Source: Pelomyxa schiedti
Taxonomy: Eukaryota > Protista > Evosea
Direction: 5' to 3'
DNA: 51,114 nt
NCBI GenBank assembly: GCA_020536535.1
Contig: JAHLWZ010000574.1
Coordinates: 1-51,114, forward strand
The notes below the pieces were generated by a model that saw only the letters and a program-made list of their open reading frames with translations, searched no databases and was not told the DNA's origin. The position numbers and the translations under genes are program-made. Below, in pieces: positions 1 to 12,300 of the stretch. Position 1 is the first letter of the stretch, and every line of letters begins with the position of its first letter.

Positions 1-4
1 TCAG

Positions 5-1017
5 CCAACACATGCAGTTACAGGAGTCTCCACTCCATTGACGAGTGCAACTCACACAAGAAACGAGACAATGATGGAGGCACTTTTTGAGTTGCAAGTG
101 GGAAACATCGACTCTGCCATTGCTCTTGTGGCAAATGCATTCTCCCTCTTTGACTGCGACTTGAGCTGTTCCAATCATGGTGATGGTGTGTAAATGTGGC
201 TTTTCTTCAGTTCGTTTTCGTCCAACCAACCACACCTCAGGTGAACCATCACTACTGTCTCAGGAAGGCAACTGTGAATACCTGCCTGGTCTGCTGTTCC
301 TTGTCTGCCTCCGTTGTGTCATCAACGACCACTTCTCGCTTCATCAGCACATTCCATCCTGTCTCTCACTGGCATTCTCTCGTGCCATCTCCTCCACATC
401 AGAGGAAATGAGAGCACATTGCATGCGCGTGTTGAGTTACACGAGCCGAACCTCGGAACAAGAATGGACTGACCTTGTATCAGCAGCATCATTGAGAGGA
501 AACGTTGATCAGCATCAACAACAAGAATCGGCAGCTACATCAAGTTGGTCAGAAGACCAATCGTGGTCCTTCAAGTTCTTCTTTGCCCTGTGGAAGTTGT
601 ACTGCCCATCAAGTTCAGACCACCACCAAATTTCATCAGCACATATTTTTGAAATGAGTGGTGCAACAGATCTTCCACCACCACCACAGGCATCACCACC
701 ATCATGCGCTGACAATAACACCCTGAGGATGATCCCGTGGCGCGCTGCCTCTGTCACATTTCTGGGTTTCTGCTATTTCTTTGGCGTTGGTGGTGCTGAG
801 AAGGACATTCACAAGGCAGTGACACTGTACCAGCTGGCTGCCGATGCTGGTCATGCCGACGCAATGTGCAAGCTTGGCGCGCGGTATGCAAGCGGCACTG
901 GCGTTGACAAGGACGTTCACAAAGCAGTGTCACTGCACCAGAGGGCCGCTGATGCTGGTGATACTATGGCGACCTTCTTCCTTGGTGTGTGCTACATAAA
1001 TGGTGAGGGTGTAACCA
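5..1017 (+). CDS. Sel1-like repeat protein, subtype B, partial (first exon outside the window, 3' end lost in the N-gap)
   Basis: Exon from 5 (after tcag) encodes PTHAVTGVSTPLTSATHTRNETMMEALFELQVGNIDSAIALVANAFSLF; intron ends at 240 (cacctcag); next exon gives CEYLPGLLFLVCLRC followed by SLR units (KDIHKAVTLYQLAADAGHADAMCKLG). Nearly identical to 36841-37860. Confidence 0.85.
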
Positions 1018-1117
1018 NNNNNNNNNNNNNNNNNNNNNNNNNNNNNNNNNNNNNNNNNNNNNNNNNNNNNNNNNNNNNNNNNNNNNNNNNNNNNNNNNNN
1101 NNNNNNNNNNNNNNNNN
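1018..1117. other. Scaffold gap (100 N)
   Basis: Run of N inside the SLR cluster. Confidence 1.
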
Positions 1118-1156
1118 CTTTCTTCATTTGTTTTGGGCCAACCATCACAAATCAAG

Positions 1157-3660
1157 GGGTATCGTGTACTAGCCAGCGTGAATACCTGCCTGGACTGCTG
1201 TTCCTTTATTGTCTCCGTCGTGTCATCAACGACCACGTGTCACTGCGTCAGCACATTCCAACGTGCCTGTCTCTGGCATTCTGTCGCGCCATCTCCTCCA
1301 CCACAAAACAAATGAGAGCACATTGCATGCGTGTGTTGAGTGACACCAGCCGACCCTCAGATAAACAAGAATGGGATGACCTTGTGTCAGAGGCATCACA
1401 GAGAGGCAACGTTGATCATGATCAACAAAAACCATCAGCGTCATCACCTGCAACAACAACAACAAATTCGTCATCATCAGCAGAACAGTCGTGGTCTTGC
1501 ATGTACTTCGTTGCTCTGTGGATGTTGTATTGCCGCCCTCCTGACAACAACCACCTGCACAATGGCCAATGTTCATATTCGCCAGCACACATATTTGCTG
1601 AAATATCAAGCAGCAATCCCGCCATTGCCGTCGCTTGTTCTGTGGGTCAGATTACATGGTGGTCCGCCTCTGTCACGTATCTGGGTGTGTGCCACAAGTA
1701 CGGTGTTGGTGGTGTGATAGCGGATGTGGACAAGGCAGTGACACTGTACCAGAGGGCAGTTGATGCTGGTGATGCTACTGCAATGTCGCACCTTGGTGTG
1801 TGCTATGAAAATGGTGTTGGTGTTATCAAGGGCATTCAGAAGGCAGTGACACTGTGGCAGAAGGCTGCTGATGCTGGTAATGCCAAGGCCATGGACAATC
1901 TTGGTCTGTGTTATGAAAATGGTGATGGTGTTGAGAAGGACATTTACAAGGCAGTGTCACTTTACCAGAGCGCTGCTGATGCTGGTAACAACAAAGCAAT
2001 GTGCAGACTTGGTGAGTTTTACTGCAGTGGTGATGAAAAGGACCTTCAGAAGGCAGTGACACTGTTTCAGAGGGCTTCTGATGCGGGTCATGCCAGGGCA
2101 ATGTGCAATTTAGGTCTGTGTTATGCCACTGGTGATGGTGTTGAGAAGGATTTTCACACAGCGGTGACACTGTTCCAGAGGGCTGCTGATGCTGGTGATT
2201 CCAAGGCGATGTGCAGTCTTGGTGTGTGTTATGAGTATGGTGATGGTGTTGACAAGGACATTCACAAGGCAGTGTCACTTTATCAGAGGGCTGCTGATGC
2301 TGGTTGTTCCGAGGCAATGTTTAACCTTGCTATGTGTTCTTACAATGGTGATGGTGTTGAGAAGGACATTCAGCAGGCTGTGACACTGTTGCAGAAGGCT
2401 GCTGATGCTGGTCATGCCCATGCAATGAACGTACTTGGTGAGTTCTATGAAGTTGGTGATGGTGTTGAGAAGGACATTCACAAGGCAGTGTCACTGTTCC
2501 TTAGGGCTTCTGATTCTGGTAATGCCACAGCAATGTTAAACCTTGCTCTGTGCTATTACAATGGTGGTGTTGAAAAGGACGTTCACCAGGCAGTGACACT
2601 GTATCAGAGGGCTGCTGATGCTGGCAATACTGAGGCAATGCTGAACCTTGGTGAGTGCTATGAAAATGGTTGCGGGGTTGAGAAGGACATTCACAAGGCT
2701 GTGTCACTGTACCAGAGGGCTGCTGATGCTGGAAATTGTGCCTCAATGTTCCATCTGGGTGTGTGTTATGGAAATGGTGATGGTGTGGACAAGGACACTC
2801 ACAAGGCTGTGTCATTGTATCAGAGGGCTGCCGATGATGGTTATGCCCAGGCAATGCTTCGCCTCGGTGTGTGTTTTCAACATGGCACTGGTGTTGACAA
2901 GGACATTTTCAAAGCAATTACACTGTACCAGAGGGCTGCTGACGCTGGAAGTACCACCGCCATGTTCAACCTTGGTGTGTGCTATTACAACGGTGATGGT
3001 GTTGACAAGGACATTCACAGGGCAGTGGCACTGTTCCAGAGGGCTGCTGATGCCGGTATAGCCGCGGCAATGGTCGACCTTGGTGTGTGTTATTACAATG
3101 GTGATGGTGTTGATCAGGACCTTCACAAGGCTGTGTCACTTTATCAGAGGGCTGTTGAAGCTGGTAATACCGAAGCAATGTACATCCTTGGTGAGTGCTA
3201 TGAAAATGGTGTTGGTGTTGACAGCGATGCCAGCAAGGCAGTTACACTTTATCAGAGGGCTGCTGATGCTGGTAATGTTGAGGCAGTGGTCAGACTTGGT
3301 GACTGTTACTACAATGGCATTGGTGTTGACAAGTACACCAGCAAGGCAGTGACACTGTACCAGAGGGCTGCTGATGCTGGTGATGCAAACGCTATGAACC
3401 TCCTGGGTTTGTGTTATCAAGGTGGTGAAGGTGTTGACAGGGACATCAACAAAGCAGTGACACTGTATCACCTGGCTGCTGAGGGTGGTAGCGCCAATGC
3501 ACTGTACAACCTTGCATACTGTCACTGGGAAGGTGTGGATTGTGTTGCCAAGGACAAACACCAGGCACATAGACTGTTGCTGAGGGCTGCTGACCTCGGT
3601 CACGTTGATGCCATTGCCCAACTCAGCATTCTGAATGGGCCAACAAACAACAACACCTGA
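1157..3660 (+). CDS. Sel1-like repeat protein, subtype C, 18 SLR units (5' exon lost in the gap)
   Basis: Acceptor aaatcaag ends at 1156, then an open frame REYLPGLLFLYCLRRVINDH... and 18 units of about 36 aa (xxxAMxxLGxCYxxGxGVxKDxxKAVxLxQRAADAG), a capping helix and TGA at 3658-3660. Confidence 0.92.
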
Positions 3661-4387
3661 TTCAGTAAGTATTTAAGCGCTTGCCAACCCAGTCAGGCTT
3701 TTGCCAGAAAACCAGGCTTCGTTTTCAGAAATGCCTCCTCATTTGTGGGTTTTGGGGGATGAAACTTGCATTTCGTTTCAATAAGTTTGGGTTTTTACGG
3801 TGTTGGCTCAGAAGAACACTGTTGGCTGTTGTTGGGTTTTATGTAATTAGCATGGAATTGTCCAAGGGGGAACATCACCACCCAAGAGCGTAAAGGAAAT
3901 TTCTGTTGGGTGAGCAGTGACTGCTTGCACCAGAGAGAAGCAAGCATTGGGCTTGAAGTACTCACAAGTGTATTGATACAGGCCAGAGGAGTGGTTGAGG
4001 GGCGCCAAAAAAGAGTTCATTGGGAGCTCAGAGGGTGTTGGTGGTGCTTCTTCACATGTAGCACGCACCCCCTCTGGTGTCATGGAGAAAAAAATACTCA
4101 ATAACCTAACGTTCACGAGAAAAGAAGATCTAGTAACGAGATCTTGTTGCGGCTGCTACCACAACAATATCCAACCGCACCAGCAGCAGCAACAGTGTAG
4201 ATTATGTGGTTGTTATGGTGGCCGATATTACGTTTTGTTTTTGCTATTCGTCAACCAAACTGTCGGCAAAATACCACCGCTGCCGCCGCTGCAACCTACC
4301 TACCGCCACATCATATATATGTAACAGGGATACATGACGCCGCTGGAGAAGGTGTATAATAGGGCCAAATCCACTCACGTCAGGTCG

Positions 4388-4729
4388 GAAAACGGCACGT
4401 GGCGTATGTGGCGGGGCGGGTGACGCCAAATTTTGTCCCTACGATAACATCATCATATCTGGAACAACGATACAATATGCAGCCCGTGCTTGAGTTGTTC
4501 TTCTGGTGNNNNNNNNNNNNNNNNNNNNNNNNNNNNNNNNNNNNNNNNNNNNNNNNNNNNNNNNNNNNNNNNNNNNNNNNNNNNNNNNNNNNNNNNNNNN
4601 NNNNNNNNGAAAACGGCACGTGGCGTATGTGGCGGGGCGGGTGACGCCAAATTTTGTCCCTACGATAACATCATCATATCTGGAACAACGATACAATATG
4701 CAGCCCGTGCTTGAGTTGTTCTTCTGGTG
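4388..4729. repeat. 121-bp exact direct repeat flanking a 100-N gap (4388-4508 = 4609-4729); probable unmerged contig overlap
   Basis: Identical sequence on both sides of the N-run at 4509-4608. Confidence 0.85.
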
Positions 4730-5734
4730 GCAACTGCAAGTACAGTACTAATCTCTGCAGTATGAGCTTTGGAATAGCATTTTGATCTCCATCTCCATTC
4801 ATTTTGATCTCCATCTCCATTCTTTACAGCATACTTCAACAACCTGGTGGCTTCACGTATGTCCCTGGGAATTTCAGAGATCCAGCTCAAGCTCCCCATC
4901 CACGTGAACCCATCAGGATCGTCTTGGTCCGGCAGCTTGACGCCAGTTCTTCTCACCTCCTTTCCCACTCTGGTAAGACAAGCCCAGCATGTACTGCCCA
5001 GTGGAATTTCCTTGAAGTGCAGCAAGCTTGAACAACCTGGCAGCTTCCATTAGGTCCTGTTTCACACCTGTACCGCCTGTGTACATCAGTCCAAGGACAA
5101 CAAGCCCGAAAGTGTCCTTTTGAGAAGCACTGAGCCGGGCAAGCCTGACAGCTTCTGCCTTGTTGACTGCAGTTCCAGTTCCTTTTTGAAGTCAGCCAGA
5201 AAAGCTTGTGCATGACTGTCACCCATCTTGGCTGCAACTCGCAACAACCTCACAGCTTCCCTTGGGTTCCTTGGAACTCCATAGCCATTGAGATAGCACA
5301 TGCCCAATCTTAAGGTTGCCATGGGAAGACCACACGAGGAAGCCTTCCATTTCAAAGCTCTTTGCAGCCATCCTGTGGTTCCTCTCCTTGACCAGCTCTT
5401 GTTGAGCAACTCCCATCAAGAAACTGCCCCAGATCCACTCATTGCTCTTTGGTTTGTTGTCACACATGGCCATTATGGATGACATCAACAACCAGTATGC
5501 CTGGGAGTTCTTGCTGGAGGCACGCTTTGCTTCCTTCATGTAGAATACACAAGGATCGTAATCAGATGGAGGGAATAAGGTTGGTAGGCTGCTGTAAAGT
5601 AGAGAAGAAAGAAGAAGGCAACAACATCAGTGATCTGTGGTGTTGTTGAAACAAGTGATCGGCAGACATTGTAGCACTCTGACCATTTGCCATTGCAATA
5701 TAGCAACACAACGTTCATTGCAGTGTCCACCCAC
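4674..5734 (-). pseudogene. Degenerate gene with Sel1-like motifs, not a member of the tandem SLR family
   Basis: SLR-like segments ATLRLGMCYLNGYGVPRNPREAVRLLRVAAKMGDSHAQ and EIPRDIREATRLLKYAVKNG; apparent frameshift near 5352 (SFE/WKASS), in-frame stops around 5050-5090, and a 22-nt tandem duplication at 4778-4821 that shifts the frame. Confidence 0.6.
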
Positions 5735-6630
5735 ATTTGAACTGTAATGTAATTTGTGAGTGTGCCGCATTTACAAACACAACTCCTCCTTCACTTTATA
5801 AACCACTCACATCACCGTGTCGGTGTCAGTGTCAAAATTGTTTGCGTGTTCACATCAACGCCCGCCTGAGATGTTACAGATCCAAACAACTCAGAATCTA
5901 GTAACGCAAAATGAAACATGAAAGAACAACACAACAACGACGGCAACACCTACACCGACAGTAACAATAAGATCCAACCGCAGCAGCAGCAGCAACGACA
6001 TAATAGAGACCACTGGTGTGTGTTACTACAACTACTACCTTGTTGGATCTGGTCACGATAGTGGTCGCATACACGTCGCCAATAAAACCGCGATATAACC
6101 TATTCTTCAATCAATACAACCGCCGCTTAATAACCGGTTCAAAGATACAAACCGCGTCGTAGGCGCACATCGGCGGTGCGCCGGAAAGTGGTGACTGTTG
6201 GAACGTTGACAACATAAGCACTCAGCACTGGTGGTGGTGAGTGAAGACTGGTCACATATCTATTATCACCTCACTTCAAAATTTTCAACACCATAACCAA
6301 ATCTGAACCTTTGAGAAGCAATCTACCAGGTTAGAAGGTAGCTTTTCTCTTAGCAAATTGGTTCTCACATATTCTAGCGCTCCTGTGTGAAAATTAATGA
6401 TGGTATGGACCTCTGAGTCTTAGTATTGATTTGGCCTGCAAAACTTTCCACACATTCGTTCTGATGCATAAGTGGTAATTTCTGTCCTATTTACTGTTAC
6501 CAAATTTCACCATAGATTTGATGCTGACGAACCATCCGCAACGCAAAACAACACCAGCATACACACTAAATAACATACACAAACTCAAAGACGACCTACA
6601 AAAATCACTTCAAAACTTGGTTGAATGTTT

Positions 6631-9227
6631 TCAGGGGTTTATGACAAAACCATACAGTTCAAACCCACTCAGTTGCAGTTCATACTCGTTGCGTGCGTTG
6701 GGTCCAGTCTCTGTGATCCTGAACTTGGAGAATGCAGCATCCTGTGTGGGAATTGGCCATGATCCAACAGCGTAGGACTTCCCACATTTGATTGTTGTGT
6801 CATTCTTGTGAGTGGACAGCACCACCCACTGCTGTTGTTGGTCGGTCCACCCCTCCAGATTCCAGTTCCTCACAGTTTGGTCAGTGTGAGAATCAGCCCT
6901 CAATGAATAGTGTGTTGGTGACACCTGGAGCCCCTTGAGGTCCACCATCCACCAGGAACCTGGTTTGCCGCTTGTGTGGTTTTGACCGCCTGACCAGAAC
7001 CGCTCCAGTACATTGGAGCTGGCCTTTGGACCATGGTATGTCTCTGAAAACTGTGTGGAAGCCAGTCCACATTTCTCAGGATTACAAAAGGAAGGTGCAA
7101 GTTCCTGTGGTGACCTCTTCTGTGTCCCAAGCCAATAAATGATCCCATTGGTGTCAAAGTCACTCTCAAACCTGAACTCCTTTGCCGAGAGGGTCTGAAA
7201 CTGCACAATGTCACTGGGTTCACTCTCCCCAACCCTGTTAATCGCAGTTACACGGAACCAATGTGAGCTGCCCCTTTCAAGAGAGTCCAATGTGGTACCC
7301 ACTTCTACTGCTTGTGTTACTTGGTGCAACTCTGTAATGTGCCATTCCACCTGTCTTTCCTGCAAATTTTTGGAAAGGGCAAATGTGTTTGAGGAACATA
7401 CATCTAGAGGAGATGAAGTACTGTGAAACAACTTGAAGGACAGGATGGGACTGGAACCACAGTTGGCAGGCGGAGAACATGCAACACATAAGCTGGTCCT
7501 TGTTGCCTTCATCAACTTGGGTTTGTCTGGTTTACTTGGAAGGTCTGTACACTGTCAATGAAATTTACGGGTTGCAGTACCCACAAACCTCCATTCACAA
7601 TGAAACCAAACGACTTGCAGGAAGCCTCAGTCTTTGATGTCTCTGTGGATGCCCCAATGTGGCTGTTCTCAATGGGCACAAATGAAAATCCACTCAACCT
7701 CTTCCACAAAGGTGAGAGTGAAGTTAAATAACATAATTCCTACCTCTAAGGCACTTTCTGTTTGTTGAAGTTGAAATGTAATCTCAAAGGGAGATTGTTG
7801 AGGAAGTGACTGAGAGGTGGAAAGGACAGCCTCAACCTTTTCCATCACAACCTCAAGTGACTGTTTTTGTTCCCCAAGGTTCTTCACTGCAGTGTAACAA
7901 GAAGATCAAATTCAAACACACAGGGAAAAGGGGGATTAAAGCACACTTTTCTCAAGTTTGATGTGTTGCGAAGCCTTGATCAGTTCATCTCTTCGTGCTT
8001 CCAACAAACTTACCATCTCTTGAGTTTTCACTGTCACTTCACTTTCAAATTTCGAGTGAATCTGAAGATTTTTTGTTTACAACTTGGAGGAATGATAGAG
8101 CAAACATACAAGGTCAACTTCTTCACCAACAGTCACAAGCGAGGAGAGGAGACCCTGAATTTTTTCTTTCACAGAGATGAGTTCATCAGTCTTCTTGCCC
8201 AATTCTTTGGGCATGGATGCCACATACTCGACCACTGGTGTGATTTTGTGTCCCTGTGGAAAAGTAAGTCACAATAGGGAGAAGATGTAGTGCTTGATGC
8301 TTTTCAGAAAAGGCACAAGATGCACAGATCAAGGACTTGTCATTCACACAATACAATTTCATTTCTTCCAAGTGTACTGGGCAGTTCGCTTTATTGATAT
8401 TAGTGGATGATAATTTCTTTGAGTTGCAACCAGAGTTTGGAAGTCCTTTCTGTGCCGCATGTGTAAGAACTGGAATCTTTTTGTGTGTCTTCAGTTTTGG
8501 TTTGTTGTGCCATTTCACCCAACACTCCTCACAAAAGATGTGTCCACAGGTCGTACAGTCTGTGTTGGGACAGTCAAGAACAAATTAGAAAGTAATTTTT
8601 GACCACAGTGGTAATCAGTGCACACCAAAGCAAATTGATGTTTTCTCACACAGAGTGCATCGCTCTGCCACAGTTAGAGAGAGGCGCCATGGTATACCAT
8701 TTATTTTCAATTGAAACGTACCTCCACAGTTTGATTGCATTTCAGAACAAAGACTTTCATTGGTCTTGAGGCAATTTGAGTTTAGGACCTTTGTCTCTGC
8801 ACTACACTTGGCACACACCAACACTGAGTGATGATTCTGCGCTCCAGTTGCCGTTGTTGTTTCTTGGTTGGTACCATAGTTACTACTACTCTTCCTTTCC
8901 TCCAGAGATTTTTGTTGGTGAGCCAATGTCCCAAACGCAACAGAGGAATCAACACATGACTTGCACATGCAATGTCCGCACTTTGTGTGTTAATGTTAAA
9001 CAATAGGTACCCACAGCCATTACGTACAAAATAAAAATACACACCTCAAGGATCATTGGTACATGAGTGTCATTATCAAAATCAAAAAGACAAGTACCGC
9101 ACCACCACACCACAACATCATCACCACCACCCTCATTGTTGGATGTTGTTGATGATACTGCCACCACTGGTACTGATGTTGTAGTGGTAGTAGTAGTAGT
9201 AGTACCTGGTTGGTTTGCGGCCGACAT
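6631..9227 (-). CDS. TRIM-like protein: RING, two B-boxes, coiled coil, fibronectin type III and a C-terminal discoidin/F5-8-like domain; multi-exon
   Basis: RING-like CGTCLFDFDNDTHVPMILE|CGHCMCKSC...CAKC; B-box-like CTTCGHIFCEECWVKWH and CPVHLEEMKLYCVNDKSLICASCAFSEKH; FN3 signature FRVTAINRVGESEPS; C-terminal FESDFDTNGIIYWLGT...WWMVDL...LSGFELYG resembles domains of HECTD1 and plant BTB proteins. Confidence 0.8.
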
Positions 9228-9388
9228 CGTAACAAAACTGAAACGACGACCAATACAGATAAGAGATTGTTTCCTGAGGACCTACCCTGAGGGAGCGTGA
9301 GTAGTCGTTGTGGTAGTACACAACAGAGAGAGACCGTGCACGGGCTGGAAGGTCAGCACTAAACAGCAACGAAACAGACTCAGATCTA

Positions 9389-12300
9389 CTACCGCGAAAT
9401 GGAACAAAACAACGACGAAGGGCTCAACATGACTGATGACATGAGCTTATCAACAATGACATTCTTCAATGAAATATCTGGGAACATCCTCACAACCATT
9501 TTCATGGTTATTTCATCAGCTACACTTGCTTGGGCATGGCAAGATTTCAAGCAACAAGGATCAAACAAGTAATGGGCCACGCCTAAGAGAATAACAAGAC
9601 CCATCTCATGACGAGGCATGAAGATAAACCAGCAGGAAGGGGGCAAGAAGTTCCTGAATCCAGAGATGGAGACACTTGAAAGCGCCGATTCTGAGCAGGA
9701 AATCAGAAATTGCAGCATGAGAGGGGATGAAAACCTAAGTGTAGATCTGGCAGCAAGCAAGGAGAGATTCCAGACAGAAGCAGAAGTACGTGGAGGCGAT
9801 GTATACTGGCATGATATGGGATGCAGAAACTGTGCAGAGATTGACTCACAAGCTTTGAGAATCACCTGTGTTAAGTAAGGATATGAAAGGCTGAGAATAG
9901 GAGTACCTGAGGGTTCCAATTTGGCTGAGTATTCATACCAGAAAACAGAAATGGATCATGAATGACTTTGGACTATGTCAGGCAAAAGAATGTGAGGACA
10001 CCACATACTTTCATGCACCAAAAGAGCTTTGGCATTTGGCACATCTCTAGCACTGCTATCTATGGAGCAACTGGCGCAGCAATACTTGCAGCAAACCAGT
10101 ATCTGTGTGCCAGTATTCACATCATCTGGAGGCACCAGAACCCTCTGATGAAGTTAGTTTGGCGTTTCAATTGAGAATGGTGTTACCCTGCACAACGTGG
10201 GAGGGAATACGACATGAATAAGTCATTGTAATCCTGATGCCAAGTCAGCAGGAAGCATAGGCATCAACGCAAGAAAGGCACAGCATAAAGCAGGAATATT
10301 TAGTGGCAGGGGAAACGCAAAAGCACCAGGAAGGCAGCAATACAGCCAGAAAAAAAAAAAAAAAAAAAAACACCAGCCTTGAATCAGTGTGGAAAGCAAG
10401 AAATTCAGAGCGGACTTACTACTTGAGTTAGAAGCAAGCTATGAGGAGTGAGACATACCAGAGTTGCCAAGCAGCATCAACCTAGCAACGCGAGCATTGA
10501 GAGCAATTCAGCAGTGGAATTAGGTCTGCCATAAGCAAGAACAGTGGGACAAGGTATCACAGTGATCACTGGAACAAAGCTCAAGACTTTGCGATGTGTA
10601 AGTGAGACTAATACACACTCCTTTTCAAAAGGGAAAAGCAAACACACAGCTCAACGAAGTAGCTGCATGCAAGTAGAATTGCAGAAGTGGAAGCCTTGCT
10701 CTCAACACCTGTAATCGGCTTAGAATTCAATGCAACCCAATTCAGCATACTTACTGGAAGAAGTCAAAGCTGCAGTCAGAGTGGGGATAGCGTAATCTGT
10801 CAGGAAGGTACAGCACATGGAAAGAGAAGCAGTAGATATTGACATTCAGGGAGTTTTTGCCAAGCTTAGAGCCCAGCACTGAGTAGTACTATGCAAAGCG
10901 GCAATGCAGACAACCTCAAAGGACTCTTTTACAACCTAAAACAGAATTAGAATTTGAATATCGTGAGAAACAAACCTGAATTATTTGGAACATCGTAGTA
11001 AAGACCTGCAGAGAAGCACAGCTCAGTGTAATATGCAGCAGACACATCTGGAAATTTCGGATTTGCAGAAAAGGGCATGGCAACGACAGTAATGATTCTA
11101 AGTTGGGTGGAGAGTCAGCAAAACGCAGGAAATACCTTCAGGTTGGAGGGATCTGTGGTGAGCAGCTAGGCATCTACTGTAGTGATATTGGACTACTGGA
11201 GCACTGAAAACGAATCTGACATGCAAGGCATCATCAACAGCAATTATTGGCAAGAAGGAGGTAGCTTAGAATGGTCAGCAATCACTGAGTAATACACATA
11301 CCAAGGGAGTGCAAGCAGAAAACGCAAGGTTCCTACAATTCGAATAGAATCCTGTATAGGGATGCCACAAATACTGTGCTAGAAGGAATCTGAGAGACGC
11401 AAGAGAAGTGGCAGACACACTGGGAGATACACAAAGCACAGCAAGCAGCACGAAGGACTCAGTATTCTACTCAAGCTGGACATAGTTTTTTGCAACAGCA
11501 TTCAACGCTAATGGTCCTGCAGAGCCAGGACAGATATGAAGGAACCTTTGTGTGGTGTTAGAGGTGTTGGAGGGAAGCACAAGTTACCAGCAGCACTGAA
11601 TCGAAGCAACATTTTGGGGAATAGGAGTCCTACAAGGTACGAAACTTTCAGCTGAGGCAGGAGTCATGCATCACTGACATTGCCACGGATACCAAGACAG
11701 AGGTGAGATGAGAACCAATGGCATTGCAAGCATTGATAAATTGTTACTATGAAGCCTTGCAAATATCTCTGAATTCAGAGTTGGAACAGGAAAATATTCT
11801 GTACAAACCACAACGAGAAAGGCAAGGAAGCAACCCAGTAAATGGAATCAATACTCTTCTCTGTGGCTATACATAAAGACCTGATTACTATTAGAAATAA
11901 CCATGCAAACACGAATTTGCAGGGATACTTGAGTTGGGTGTGTGGGCAAGCCAGTGGAACTTCCAAACCCAGAAAGAGGTTGACCCTGGGTCACTGTTAG
12001 AAGCGAGATTATACCAAGGGGACAGCATACCCAATCAATTCATCTTAGCGAGTGGCAGATGGGGAATCCATCCTGAGTACAACTGTGCACAGATGACCTG
12101 CAACTGGAGATTCACAAGCCAAATTCTTTGTCCTTTTTTCTTGCTAGAACAGTACCAAACATCTGAATGGTTAATATTGAGACCCGAATCAAACTACAGA
12201 CCACACCTACAGTATGGCTGCTGTGGCACAAATAAAACTTTCCAGTTCAAATTCAAACTCGCGGCAAAGACTGCACCTAGTAGCGCATATGGGTACGATG

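Noticed and set aside
177-240. ORF-track N-termini such as MVMVCKCGFSSVRF (also 37017, 40624, 45905)
   Set aside because: These are in-frame read-throughs of the conserved intron; the true upstream exon is in another frame.
1680-3600. Regular 108-nt repeats as a CRISPR array or a DGR template/variable pair
   Set aside because: They are in-frame protein-coding SLR units; no cas or reverse transcriptase gene is present, and the variation is not adenine-specific.
4388-4729. 121-bp direct repeat as an LTR or target-site duplication
   Set aside because: It abuts both sides of a scaffold gap exactly, which is typical of an unmerged contig overlap.
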